Shown one piece after another: positions 1 to 13,089 of a DNA stretch of 64,000 nt. The DNA lies in the NCBI GenBank assembly GCA_030390025.1, contig CM059436.1:41850001-41914000 (forward strand), given 5' to 3'. Under the pieces are notes generated by a model. It had not been told where the DNA came from. It searched no databases and saw nothing but the letters and a program-made list of their open reading frames with translations. Numbering within the stretch: the stretch's first letter is position 1; each line of letters starts with the position of its first letter. A program made the position numbers and the translations under genes. The stretch is from Squalus acanthias. Its lineage: Eukaryota.

Positions 1-954
1 TACCAGTCGCAGGGCAGAGATGTAAACTTTCACCCCACCCATTATGTAGCACGCTATTACCTCCAAAGATAAAAGCAGTTTGAATCAAGTTTAGAGGTGG
101 AGAGGGAAGAAGTGTATAAATGGTCCAGTGAGAAATAAAGCAAAGATGCATTTCAGAAACTGCGGAGTAAATACACTTTGCAATTATGCCTATTGCGTAC
201 GATCCATCCCTTATTCCACTGCATCATATATTTGTCTCAGAATTCATTCCCAAGATTCAAATGTTGGTCTCTAATCTCTTCCATCTTTGCTCAAAATTGC
301 TTAGGTGAACAGGCCAATTTTAATTACTACAAAATGTATTTTAATGTAACTACTGAAAATAACAAAAATTTGCTCCACTATTCTGTGCCTAATATTAAAT
401 GTCTCAGTCGTTCCCTTTTTAATTTTTTGCAAAATCTTACTTTTACAATTACAGTTAATATTCTGTGTTACTAAATGTCAATGACAGGAGCATGGCACAT
501 TATATATTGATCATAAATATTAAGTTTTCCCATGAACCATAGGACACATTTTCCATCAGCTAATGAAAGGACAAAACACCATCAAAAACTTCCATAAATA
601 GGCCTTAGATGTATTTTATAACTGAAAAAAAGTTGTTTTCAATGAAAAATGACCTCAGGCACATTTAATAGATCTTAAACCATGCAATCAAAAGGCACTT
701 TTATATTAATAATGTGCCATTGCTGGTAGTCCCATGTGCCCGTCACCACCGATGGTGCACTAGAATATAAATTAAGTGAACTTTGTGCGTCACACTTCCA
801 CAGGTCTTGAGAGTGCCTGTCGAAAGTACAGAAAACTAACAGATGTTTCTATTTGCCCTCCAAGAGGAAGCAGCAGTGCACAGGTGCAGTAAAGAGGGGA
901 GGGCAGTGATTGGAGTTCACAGGTCTTCACCTGACCACTGCTCTCATGGACTTA

Positions 955-1060
955 CCCCCACCTACCCACCACAGCCACACCCCCACCCAACACCCCCCCC
1001 TCCCCCACCACAGCCACACCACCCCTCCCACCCCCCAACCCCATCCTACCACCACACACC
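955..1060. repeat. C/A-rich low-complexity tract
   Basis: Repeated CCCCACC / CCACCACAGCCACACC units. Confidence 0.8.
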
Positions 1061-2194
1061 AATATCAAAAAAAGAGCTTCAATAAGATTTTTATAGTACA
1101 GAGCCACTTCTAAAAGTAACTTTTGATTTTCACTGTCCCGTTAAAACCATCCCATTTACAGTGTTGAATGGTTTTGCCAGCAAAGGACGCAAAGAACATT
1201 GTTGCTACCAATCTGAGAATAGAGCTTCCGCAGAAACAGGTGAAAAATAAATGTGCTGGCACATGTAGAGTTTTAGTTCTTTTTGGGCTGAAACTTCCTC
1301 AATTTCTGGGGAGGAACAGTACAGTTAATGGTGAAACTACTTCACTAGTCATACAGGGAGGAGTGGAAGAAATTCACCCACTTAAGTTGGTGAAGGCCAT
1401 GGTTTTTTTTCTAGCCACCATTTCCTTCATGTTCAGCTGTATTGAAGTTTACGATGGCATTAATCTAAAGGCAGGACTTTGTTTTGCATCTTCAATGTTA
1501 AGTTGAAAATGATAAACTATCCCATTTACAGGGGCAAACTGAAGCTGAACTCATGGTTTAATTTGGCTTCCATTTGCTACTCAAAAGGGACTACAAGTCA
1601 GTATGTGGAATTTTTGGGCTTGATCTTGCGACCCAAGTGCAATATTTATCACTGCTGGTGGCAAGCCTATTATTTTAAATATGTAATTATTTTTACTGGT
1701 GATATTCAGACATTAACAAGGAGGAAATAAAGCTCACAGAAAAGGCATCATGTGCAGTGGCAGAGTGTGAACCAGAGGAATTTTTTTTTAGTAATTGTCA
1801 ATGGCAAATAGAGTCCTCCCTTGTTGAAAGCACAATTCCAGCTGTGTAAAGGAGCAGAAATTCCTTTTTTACCCCCAAAAAGCAAAAGATGAAGAGCAGT
1901 AATTCCACTACCTTGATTACTCAGTTCCACCCATATGGGCGAAGAATCTATTCCATCTGTATGGGCACCTTCAGGAAAATGGTCGCAACTGGCAGGCACT
2001 ATTATCAGCAGATCAAACCATTGAAAAATAGGACAGTAAAAGCGCTACCTGCTGGAAAATCCAGCTCTAGTTTGATTGAAATTTTTTTGAGGAAAAGTAT
2101 GCTCCTTTCTTTGGGGAAAAAAAAAGTAAAAAAAGGAACAAGGCAGTACATGTGAAAGATTATAGGGAAAAGATCGGATATGCAGGTAAAACGT

Positions 2195-2417
2195 CAGCTT
2201 AGCTCAGTAGTAGCACTATCACCTCAGAGTCAGCAGGTTGAGAGTTCAAGCCCTTTTCCAGGACTTGAGCACATAATCTAGACTGACACTTCAGTGCAGC
2301 AAGAGGGCGTGCTGGATTGTCGGAGGTGCCACTTCAAACGTAACTGATTGGCTACAAAGCACTTTGGGACGTCCTGAGGATGTGAAAGGTACTATATAAA
2401 TGCAAGTTCTTTCTTTA
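2195..2417 (+). mobile_element. tRNA-derived SINE (DeuSINE/SacSINE1-like), internally deleted
   Basis: A-box-like TAGCTCAGTAGTAG, B-box-like AGTTCAAGCCC, tail ...ACTTTGGGACGTCCTGAGG...TATATAAATGCAAGTTCTTTCTTT; homologous to the copy at 58130-58548. Confidence 0.8.
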
Positions 2418-3959
2418 TCCCACAGGTAATCTGCTGTATGAGTGGTGTTTAACCTAACCTATCCATTTGATCTCACTGCTCAGGGACACCTATGGTTTAA
2501 ATAGGGACATCTTTAGATCAATTAGGGGTTAATTGTTGAGGGAAGAAAAAAATATATGCACAGTATAAACTTGACCAAGAACTTGGTCATTATCACAAAT
2601 TCTATATTTTCTTTTGGACAATGAGGTTTTTCAATGCTCATGATAACTGCTCGATAATTGTGCTGTCAAAAAACATTTAATTACATTAATATTCACCACG
2701 GAGACTAACAATTATTTTCCCTGCCAGTTTGAGCTTTTATTGAAGTGATATTAATTTTTTGATAACCTTTTGTCAGCTTTCAAAATATGAAACATCTGCA
2801 AAAACAAAATAGGAATTTCTTACACTAAATGAGGAACCTCAGAAATAAGATAAGGGAGATGCTACTAAGTATTTGCTAATTCTCATTATTCTTAATAATA
2901 AAACATTAATAATTATAATCTTGGCACTTTGGTGCAGAAATGCTGTTGCAGTTCTCAAAGGGTTAACCAATTGACTTACAATTCCACACAGTTCAAAAAG
3001 AGTAATTATTTCAACCAGCAAAGTGACCATATTACTGTTGCACTCTGAGTAAACTGCAGTACTGCTAAAATATGGATATCACTCCGATGTGATAGGTTTG
3101 GTTTCCCAGCTAAGGTGGAACTTAATTGTTTTTTCTCATTTTAAAAAGTTGCATGGATAATAATAAAAAGAGGGGCAAAACCATACACATCAATTTACAG
3201 CTTACAATATACTAAGAGATTGGAAAATACTGGTAGCGGCAGAAGGCGGAGAAGAAAGACAGCAAGTGCCCAGGAATTAGTGCAATAATTCAATATTGCT
3301 TCTCTGTTAACTATGCAGCATTTTTAAAATTAGAAAAAGTTCAGTTTCACCTTAGATGGAAAAATAAACCCATCACATGGACCAATATCAACAATGTAGT
3401 TTATTAGGAATGTAACAGTAATTTTTTAGGTGAAAAAATACTCTGCAGGATTGTATAGTTTGCTTGAATGTTTAGTCATCAACAAGTAACAAAAGCAAAT
3501 CCTAACTCTGAAGAGGGAAATTATGCCTAAATGAGGAAAGTCTATGTTAAATTTATAAAAATGAACAAAAGCAATAACACTAAAATTGTTTCAGAATGTT
3601 CTTGTTAAGATTATTTCATATACAGTAGATTAAAAAAATTAGAATTTTAAGTTTTTGTAACTATCTTAAAAGCCTCTGGGGGAAAAAGGACAAACAGTTC
3701 AAATCAAGAAAGTAAAAATACAAATTAGGGTTAAATATACCAGAAGCAGAGGGAGGGTGCAGCTGCGACTGGACAGCCTTCACGTCCTCATTTGAATAAT
3801 GTGGCCTGAATCTGTCAGTTTATTCATCCTCCTTATGCTCAGTCTATGCTACATCAAAAACAAATTAAGTAGTAAATAGAAGACAATAGCCACCATTGTT
3901 TTTTTTTGTTGCAGTGGCTGTGGCAAGAAAGAGGGCAAAATCCTCCTTCTCTTGCTTAC

Positions 3960-4067
3960 CTTCACATCAGAGAAGAACATCTTCAGCATGTTGGAACTAG
4001 GGTACCGGGTGTAGAAGAACATCAGCTTGGCCTTTTTCAGGTGATTAGGCGACAGTCCCTCCTGTAT
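3960..4067 (-). CDS. PROX1: PROX1 coding exon 3 (108 nt, start of the atypical homeodomain)
   Basis: Reverse complement translates [36 protein letters not shown], preceded by ...CTCAC| and followed by donor AAG|GTAAGC. Phase 0 join to exon 2. Missed by the ORF track. Confidence 0.97.
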
Positions 4068-7003
4068 GTGAGATGCTGTTTGTCAAGGAAAATATACAAA
4101 GCAATTATGGAAAACAAGGCTGTTTGGAGAGGACAGGCCTGCAGAGCAACCCTTTAGTGATCAGGCAAATGAGTGAACAAACCGAAAAGAACATCAGCTG
4201 CCGATATTCAATGGTCGCACAAAATGCACTCATTCAATGTTAGGTTTATCCAACAAGAGGTGCGTGTTTTTTTTAAAAAAAACAAAATGCTTTTAAGAAG
4301 TGCACTTGTTCAGCATTAAGCAGAAAAGAACAGAAATATTGTACTGCCCAGTGATTTGTAATGATGGATAGAAGAACACTTACAATCACGAGCTCTACAT
4401 TGTCATTACTCCACTAATAAAGCTAATCATCAGCTCCAAGAAATGAAAACAACTATTATGTTGTAACAGAATAATTCACAACCTGCATTAAAATTTAACA
4501 AGTTAGATATAGATGCAAAAGAAATTCACAAAACAAAAAGGGTATTATTATAAAGTTAAAAATTAAACATCTTGACTCATAGCAGAGAACATTGTATGCC
4601 TAGAAACCTTACACAGAGAGGTTACTGGGTAGATCTGGAGATATCTGACCTATGCAAGGGTACTGAACCAAGATGTATCAAAGGTTAGTTTTCTGACAGT
4701 CAAAAAGTCCCCAGGGGCCAGCTGATCAATAAATTCTTTCTTACACTGATAAAGAATCCTATTTATCTGCAAATATTATTACCCTTCAGCTCTGTAGACA
4801 GAAGCTTCCTAAAATAGTTCCCAGGAGAAAGTTTAATGTGAGGCTAACCGTAACAATCTAGCAATTCTGATTTTCATTCAGCTTTCTTGGCACTCTTTTG
4901 TGTTTTGTGCGTTAGTATGGTTTGGGCACATCTGTGCTGCAGATCGCCCACCATTTCCTCCACAAATTAATGGCTTTATAATTTATCAGAAATGAAGATG
5001 CATGTGGAGAAAATCAATGTGGGCCCTGGAAGGTCAATTAAGGGGTCCTTTCCAGAAGTTATTCTAAAGGGTGTTCTTTTGAAGAGTATGTTTAAGAGCA
5101 AAAATGCTGTTAACTTCCACGGCTACACAAGTCATTATGAAAGGATCTACAAATTTATTTCAGAGGTGAAACCATTGTAAAAGGAGATCTTATCTGAGTG
5201 AACAAACTCTTTAGCAACTCCATCAAGCTGGTCCTTTGTGTTTCAGAGGCTTAATGATGGCAGAGATGATAACTCATGATTGACATGCTTCTTGTACCAA
5301 GAGGGAAGAGTTGAAAAACCTTCTGTGACCTCCATTAGACTGATAGGGAAGACTAAAAGAGCATTACACTCTCCACTGCCATCTGTCATAATGCATAAGT
5401 GAAATAACGATGGCAAATGAAAGGAAGTGCAGCAAGCTGTTCTGCAGTGGCACATGAATTGCAGAGTATTAAAAGAATCAATGCCTGCTTGCATTGTAGG
5501 GAATAACGGGAAGACTAGAAACAAACAAGACCTTCAAAATGTTTAAAGATGTGTGAACTAAATATTGCAAGGTAGACATTTCCATGTGGAAAACTGCTGA
5601 CCTGATGGGATTTCATTTTGAAGGGATTTTGAACTATATCCCAATTTAAATTTCTATTCAGGAATGCACTCTCTTACAATCTATTTGTCAATTTCAGTTC
5701 AAATTCATAAATTTTAAAACCAACTAGGTGATTTCTGCTGTGCTCAGTCCAGATGACTGAAGCAAAACCCCTGGAAAAAGGAGATTAGGGTAGAACTGAA
5801 TTGACAATTTTAGGAAGTAAATATAGAAATCCTAAACAATTGATATAAATTTAAATTTTACTATAAGCCTTGAAGAGCTTTAGTGGGAGCTTGATTTCAG
5901 CATGTATGCATTAGATATAAGTGGAATGTGCAGGCCAAGACCAGTATGGAACGTTTTTAATTTTTGAAGTTTAAAAAAAAATTAACTTATGAAATTATTG
6001 AGTGCAGTTCAGAATCAGTTTTCTAATGGACAGTTAGATGGATAAAATAATAATGGTTTATATACACGCCACTTAATTAAAGCATAAGAATTTACTTAAT
6101 TATAATTTGTCACTCTTTGTCTCTTTTACTGACTATTCCCTTTGACTTGGAAGGGTGAGACAATTCTAGTCAAAGGATCTCCACCTACACCAATGATATT
6201 CTTGGTCAACTCACCAGGTTGCACACAAGTCTGAATAGGGTCCTCCTCTTGCTGGTCCTTTTAAAATTGGTAATCTTGCCATACCCCACCACACCAAGCA
6301 ATGTCAGGGTACAACGTATGACCTTCTGGTTATGAATCCAATGTTCTAGTGATGTTATCAGGTTGCCCAAATTATTTTTCCAATCAAATATAGTGCATCC
6401 AAAAAAATCAGACATTAGCTGGTAAAACAAAAGCTCACGCATCTCTACTGGCAGAAAATAACTTAATGATCATTAATACTCAAATTATTTCAGATTTGCC
6501 AAAATGGTAAAATCCCATAAGATCAAGTGAGTTACACAAAGCAATCTTACAGGCTTGCATCTGTTATGCCAGAGGCACATTGGCAAACACAGATTATATT
6601 GTATTTGTCATGTTGGAAACCCCTTGAAGATACAAATAATAATGATAATTTTAAAAGGTGATAACCATCAGATTAATAAAGCTACTGTACTTTTATTCTA
6701 AAAAAAATAAACTAACTCAGGAGATGTATCACAATATTGAAAACAGTACTCACTTACTAAATAATTACAAACTTCACACTTTTCAGAATAAAAATATTCT
6801 AAAAACAATATATTCAAATAGAATGTGCTTACCATCGTTAGATGCCAATATTAAAACATAAGTGAGAAATTACTAATCACCTGCAACTCCTGGAGCATCT
6901 TTCAATCGGTATTTTGGTCAAGTAACCCACTTTGTGAACTAGTACAGGAGGACAATCTTTACCTAATGTTATGGTCCAGGTGCTTTAACAGAGCATTACA
7001 ACA

Positions 7004-7004
<1 letters not shown>

Positions 7005-7045
<41 letters not shown>

Positions 7046-7700
7046 GTATTTATATAGCGTCTTTAACATAGTAAAACGTTCCAAGGCACTTCACAGGAGT
7101 ATTTTAAGACAAAAATTTGACACCGAGCCACACAAGGAGAAATTAGGGCAGATGGCTTGGTCAAAGAGGTAGGTTTTAAGGAGTGTCTTAAAAGGAGGAA
7201 GGAGAGGTCGAGAGGAGGAAAGGTTTAGGGAGGGAATTCCAGAGCTTAGGGCCTAGGCAGCTGAAGGCACGGCCACCAATGGTTGAGCGATTATAATCAG
7301 GGATGCTCAAGATGGCAGAATTAGAGGAGCGCAGATATTTCTGGGGGGGGGGGGGCGTGGTTGTGGGGCTGGAGGAGATTACAGAGCTATCTGGAGGGGC
7401 GAGGCCATGGAGGGTGTTGAAAACAAGGATGAGAATTTTGAAATTGAGTTAGGACTCAGGCAGCCGAGTTTTGGATGACTTCAAGTTTACGGAGGGTAGA
7501 AAGTGGGAGGCCAGCCAGGAGTGCATTGGAATAGTCAAGTCTAGAGGTAACAAAGGCATGGATGAGGGTTTCAGCAGCAGATGAGCTGAGGCGGGGCGGA
7601 GATGGGCGATGTTACAGCGGTGGAAATAGGCGATCTTAGTGATGGTGCAGATGTGTGGTCGGAAGCTCATTTCAGGATCAAATATGACACCAAGGTTGCT
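7005..7700 (-). mobile_element. L2-type LINE 3' fragment with (GTT)n tail
   Basis: (AAC)n at 7005-7045, then the reverse complement of the L2 3' end also seen at 33905-34855 and 52625-53467. Confidence 0.85.
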
Positions 7701-7904
7701 ATAGTGGGTATCATCATAAAAACTGATTTAAGTTACTGTTCAAATATGCAATAATGAACAATTTATGAAAATTGACGCAGTCCATTTTGAAAATTTGATC
7801 ATAAGGAAAGAAGTATTTTAAAGTTCAAGCTTCACTTTGCTTTTATTTTACACAAACATTCAATTATTACGGTACTTTCCAGCTGTACACCATTTTTTAC
7901 ATTA

Positions 7905-7972
7905 ATTTATTCTTGGGAGGTGGGCAACACTGGCAAAGCAGTATTTATTGCTCATCCCTAATTGCTCTGAGG
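7905..7972 (-). mobile_element. 3' tail fragment of a second CR1-group LINE family ('family B')
   Basis: Reverse complement resembles GCAATTAGGAATGGGCAATAAATGCTGGCCTTGCCAGTGACGCCCAC at 62304-62350. Confidence 0.7.
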
Positions 7973-8538
7973 GGGTTAGTTAATTTATATTTTAGCCACA
8001 TCAAATATTGCGATGAAGAAATTTTCTTTAAATAGCATCTTCATGCAAATAATGTGTTTATCATTTTGATACAGTGAACTCCCGTAGTGACTAATCTGCT
8101 ATTGACCAGAGTGGTAAATTTAATATCTAAATGTCATGAGTTGATAGTATAGGGATATTTATTAACTAACTTGTTACAAGTCAATATAAACTAGGGAAAT
8201 TGTAGGTCTAAAACTCCGTTTATGGGTATTTCTAGAAATGGAGGGGTCATTTGAGGCTTCATCCTGTGATGGTTTGTAATAAAGCAATATCAAATAAATT
8301 TACGCTCCATGGAGTAAGTGGCATGGCTACATTGGCAAACCTTCAAATTATATGGCAATTCAAGATTATATTTTGGTAAAGTTTATTATGAAAATTTTCA
8401 GTTAATCTATTTCAACCTGCTAGACATTTGCAAATCCCATATTTGTTGATGAGAATCACACAAGTCAACAGATTAGGTGCCTCCAAATATCTTCATCTGA
8501 AGATCCCCATTATATCAGTCTTTAGACAGCGAACAAAA

Positions 8539-10285
8539 AGGCCGCGAATTCCCCTACCTCGGCGGGTCCGGTGTGGCCAGGTTCGGTGGCGGGTTGCGAC
8601 CCCACTGCTGGCTCCAGCCCGCTGTCCAAAGTGATCTTGCGTTGATTGGGCTTGTTAAGCCCGCCCAGCACGTTTCCCGGCCAATTGGAGGAAGCGGGTT
8701 TGATGACGTCACTTGATGACGCATCATGAGCCGGTTTCCTTAAAGGGACCATGTCCAAATTGGTTTTGACATTTGTTCTGTCAGTGTTCTACATCATTGA
8801 GGTGCTTCAAACACTGACAAGCACTGCACAGAGGGGCACGGCTGCACCCAGGCTCGCTCATGACTCCCTCCATATGCTTAGGGAGGTCCTCTTCCCTTCC
8901 CATGGTTGGAAGAGACCTCCCCAGGAGATCAACGCAGTCTGGTTGCACATTGCACAGGAAGACACAAGCAGGGATGTCGTTAGGAGGACCAGGCTGCAGT
9001 GGCGCAAATCTTTCAATGATCTCAGTAGATCACAAAATGTTACTGCAAAGCCACACTCAACCTCATCCTGCTGTGCCACTCATCACATACCCATCACTCT
9101 GCCTTCCCTACCCTACTCCTGCATATCCTTGCTCACACCAACTTACCTTGCACCTCCACCCATCCCTCTCCATCTACATGATCAGTTTCCTATCTCACTA
9201 CTCACCCCTCACACTCACCCTCATCCTAGTCCAATCATACCAACTAACAACACACAAGGGTAAGCACTGTGTGTTTTAGCCAATGTTCATGTGACGTTTT
9301 TGTTAATGTGCTGTCAAAAATTGAAATCTTTATTTTCAACACTTTGCGTTCTTGGACAGATTTATGTGCACCTTTGGAAGTGGCTTAGTGAGTTGCAGTG
9401 AATGGTGAGACAGAATGGTACCCCCCGCAATGGCGATGAGTGTGAAAGGAATGGCTTGGGCATTGTAGGGATGCTTTATGGTATTGGTGTGGGGTGGTGC
9501 CAATCTGGCGCATCATGTGGCAGCCAAGGTGTACAGCATCAAGTGAAGCAAATCTGGCCATGGTGAGGCCATCCCTGGCCTCCCAGGCAGCAATGTGGTC
9601 AGGTGCGGATGCCCTGTGTCCTGTGCAGCATCAGTTGATTGCGGAGAAGGTTGGTGTTGTTGGTGCTGCTGGTGTGCCTGGTGCTGCTGGTGTTGGGGCT
9701 GATCGTGGTGGGATTCTGAGGACCAAGGTGAAATAGTTTCAAGGGCACCGATGCTGATATAATAGATGGCAGGTGAAGTTGAGATGACAGAAGCGATCAG
9801 TCAATGGTGTTCCAATGAGGTGACACTGGATAGAGAGTTTACTCCAAAACACTTGCAACCTGCATACAGCTCAATCTGTCTTCCAAATGCAGTAAGCAAC
9901 AGCTTTTGACCTTGGAAAGTGAACAGCTATGAGATGGGAGCTTTTATAGCACATTTGCAGCTGTCAAGTAATGAGTTGATTTCATGCTAATACAACTCCC
10001 GACCTCCTTACCTGACGTGATCCCCGAGCAACATGGACCCCGTGGGCGACCTCGTAAAATTTAAAGGTGAGCTCAAAATAGTTTTTAAGTTGCTGTTAAC
10101 AAGGTCATAATTACCTAAATTGCCTCCCCCGCTGCTTGGTGTCAGGTCTGTTCAGCGCTGACTGACCCGACATCTGGGAAACTAGCGTAGCGGCGGGTTG
10201 ACAGCAGGTTTCCTACCCGCCGTCAAAAAAATTCTCACCCAACCCACCACCAAATGCACCCACTGACCCCCTGAAAAATTCCCCC
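8539..10285 (+). mobile_element. Degenerate PIF/Harbinger-type DNA transposon with Myb/SANT-like ORF remnant
   Basis: GC-rich block in an AT-rich intron. ORF 8751-9263 contains REVLFP...W..IA.......RT..QWRKSFNDL, typical of the Harbinger Myb/SANT accessory protein. TIRs are poorly preserved. Confidence 0.7.
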
Positions 10286-10463
10286 AAAGTGTCCAGCAAG
10301 CTTTGTCATTGAGTTCAGAAATGATCAACAAGAATTGCCAACATGGCACCAAGAGCAGGGAGCAGAAGTATAACCAAATGAAGTTACACCAAAATCTTTT
10401 TGAAAATAATTTTCACTGCCCTCTTGGATTCTCACTTAGATGAGAAATAACGCTGAAGATAGG

Positions 10464-11019
10464 CGAGTACATTTTAACCCCCCCCCTCAGTGGGAGTGGT
10501 GCAGGTAAATTGGGGGCGGGGGTCATGTCAAGTTCTTGCTAACCACCCCCCCCCCCACTTGCCATTACCTTTACTTACCTTAATTCAGGTACGGGAGGGC
10601 CGAGTCCTACTTTATATTAAAAAGTCATGGTTGGCACAACTGCATTATAACTTCTGAATTAGGAAAGCCGGCAGAGGGTCAACCCTGACAGCAGAACCAT
10701 GGCAGGAGACATGGAGTGGCCAGAAGAGACCAAGGTAAGTTTAGAAAAATCACTTATCTGCGGAATTCTTGTGGGCCAGGAGGAGAAGGAGTGCTGCTGC
10801 AGGCCCCGCAAGGAGTCCTCGGGCCTCCCTAGCCCTAGCCGTGCCTCTCCCTCCCAGCACCAGCGTCCTAGCCCCTGCCCAATGGTAATTTTATGCAAGG
10901 GATTGTTTCGAGGCCCCAGCATCCTCAGCCTTCCAACACAATTTTTGCTCCCACCCACCAGCCCTGACGTCACACCTGCTGAGATTCCTCCTGCCACGCA
11001 CCGAGTTAAAATCGACCCC
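10464..11019. mobile_element. MITE-like non-autonomous DNA element
   Basis: Ends ...ATTTTAAC / GTTAAAATCGACCCC, similar to the termini of 49773-50037; GC-rich interior. Confidence 0.55.
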
Positions 11020-11402
11020 AAGGTTTTTAGCATAATAAAGCCATGATTGCACTTATCTATACAGCAGCATTTTGTGTTTAAAATGTCTCTGACAGAAACG
11101 TCAAACATTTCTGTGTATCTCGGAGAAGCCTACGGCTTGAGTTCCTGGGGCCTCTAAATGCTATCACCCTTAGCAGAAGAAACTAACCAAGGTAGCAGAC
11201 AACCTGCATGTTTCTGTGCCTGTAATGCCCAGAATTTTTTAAATGATTGACAGCTAGTCTGACCATTCACAGAGTATGCTAAGTTTGTAATCACGGACTC
11301 ATCCTTCTTTACTGCCCATTGGTGGAAACATTTATGTTGACTGAGGATGACTTGGGAAGACAATAATTACCCCAAAAATCAACTGAATTTTTTTTTAAAC
11401 TT

Positions 11403-11905
11403 AAAAGATTAAACTAATTTTGAATCTTTCCTATGTTACCAAATATATCTGCAAAGTACTTAGTGTTATTAATAGATGACGGTTGAATAAACATAAAAAC
11501 ATCAAAATAACAAAGAATAAATGCTGAAGTTTTATCGGAGATTACATTTACACAGGAACTCAATTCAAGTTATTCCGTTCAACACATTGTTTATTTAGCA
11601 AATATCACATGTTACATGTGTGTCAAGTGAAACTGCACTTTGAAAAGTTTGTCATTATTCAATTTTTACATATAATTTGGAATGTACCTAACCGATTAGA
11701 ACAGCTGGATTTATTCTATTTGTGCTTCGGAGAGAGGACAGCAGCAGAAAGAAAAGACTGCACTACTATTCAAATTTGGAGGATGGTTCTAAATAAAAGT
11801 CATGAATTTAAATATGTTTATTCAACCGTCATCTATTAATAACACCAAGTACTGTGCAGATATATTTGGTAACATAGGAAAGATTCAAAATTACTTTAAT
11901 CTTTT
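11403..11905. repeat. Inverted repeat, 93-bp arms (11403-11495 / 11813-11905)
   Basis: Arms are reverse complements with 3 mismatches by manual alignment; spacer about 317 bp. Confidence 0.93.
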
Positions 11906-13089
11906 CTTAAGTTTTATATTTCTTGGCCCTCACTTTAAACAGATGGATCAGCGTGCCCATTTGCTATCCTAGGAAAAAGTTACTCTCTCCTCCATAAGAT
12001 ATACACAGACTCATTTATTTATGTAACTGTGCTGTGAGTGGGGAACAAATGTATTTATTTATATCTACCTGCAGTGGGTAAGGAAACCTCAGTATCTATT
12101 TTTCAGGAACAAAATCAAAAAACACACTTACTTCACCATTTCTGAACAGATTTCTTACAAACTTCTTTGCAAATCCTTTCAATGGAGGTGTGCAACCTTG
12201 CCCCACTCCAGCATCCTCTTGCAACAATGTATCCTCTGAGTGAGATCTGCTGGTATACTTCAATTATCTTTTAATCTTATTGCTGTACCTCTCTTTTACA
12301 ATCATTTAGAAAAAATGTATCATGTAAGAAAAACAAAACATTAACAAGTACTCTTTGGGCCAATTTTTAATTTTTGTGCCCAACTAGCATTTGCAGCAAA
12401 TAATTTAAGGGGTGATTCTGCAAATGCTCACTCCCGTAGTGAGCTCAGCTTGCTGGAATGCAGTTAAAGAATCAGGGCTACACAGTTTTAGCTCTGTCTT
12501 CAATTGCATTCCCTGAGAGTACTACTTCCCTGCTGGGAGCATGCATTCACCCTATAGCGCAAATATAGGATTTGCAGTCATTTAAAACTTAACTCTTTAA
12601 AAAAGTCTTGCATTTTGGAGGGACAGAGGCAGAAAAAAAACCTGAAGTAAATCAGTTCATCCGTGCACTAATAAATCCCGCTAGCTCTAATTATGACCAC
12701 ACTTTGTAAACATTGTCCTGCTCCATAATTTAAGGTAATATCTTTGCACAAATGTTTTCAAAAGTACTTTATTTTAATAATTAAATCTGGGGTGGAGAAA
12801 AATTGTTCGATTCTTACTTGTGCTATAGAGTCGTCGTTCATCTTAGGCATACCTGGTGCTCATTTCTAGGGGAAGTCTGGTTATAGTGTACAGAATATTG
12901 CAGCATAAAGCTACACAAGCTGGCTCTGCACTCCAGCATAAAGCATGAATCAACACGACATTAAAGCCAACACTAAATGGCTACATCAAATTAGGATTCC
13001 ACCTGTAACTTTTCTAATGCGAATCAGCAAGATCACCTTGCATATCTTACTGTGAGGAAAGACAGACCAAAACCAGCAATGCCAAAAGT

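Noticed and set aside
843-1113. Pro/His/Thr-rich ORFs
   Set aside because: Translations of a C/A low-complexity tract.
1-3959. PROX1 exons 4-5 (FNRCITSQLIKWFSNFREF...)
   Set aside because: No matching sequence found on the minus strand; they presumably lie left of the window.
6966-7172. Poly-Asn ORF
   Set aside because: It is the (AAC)n tail of an antisense L2 element.
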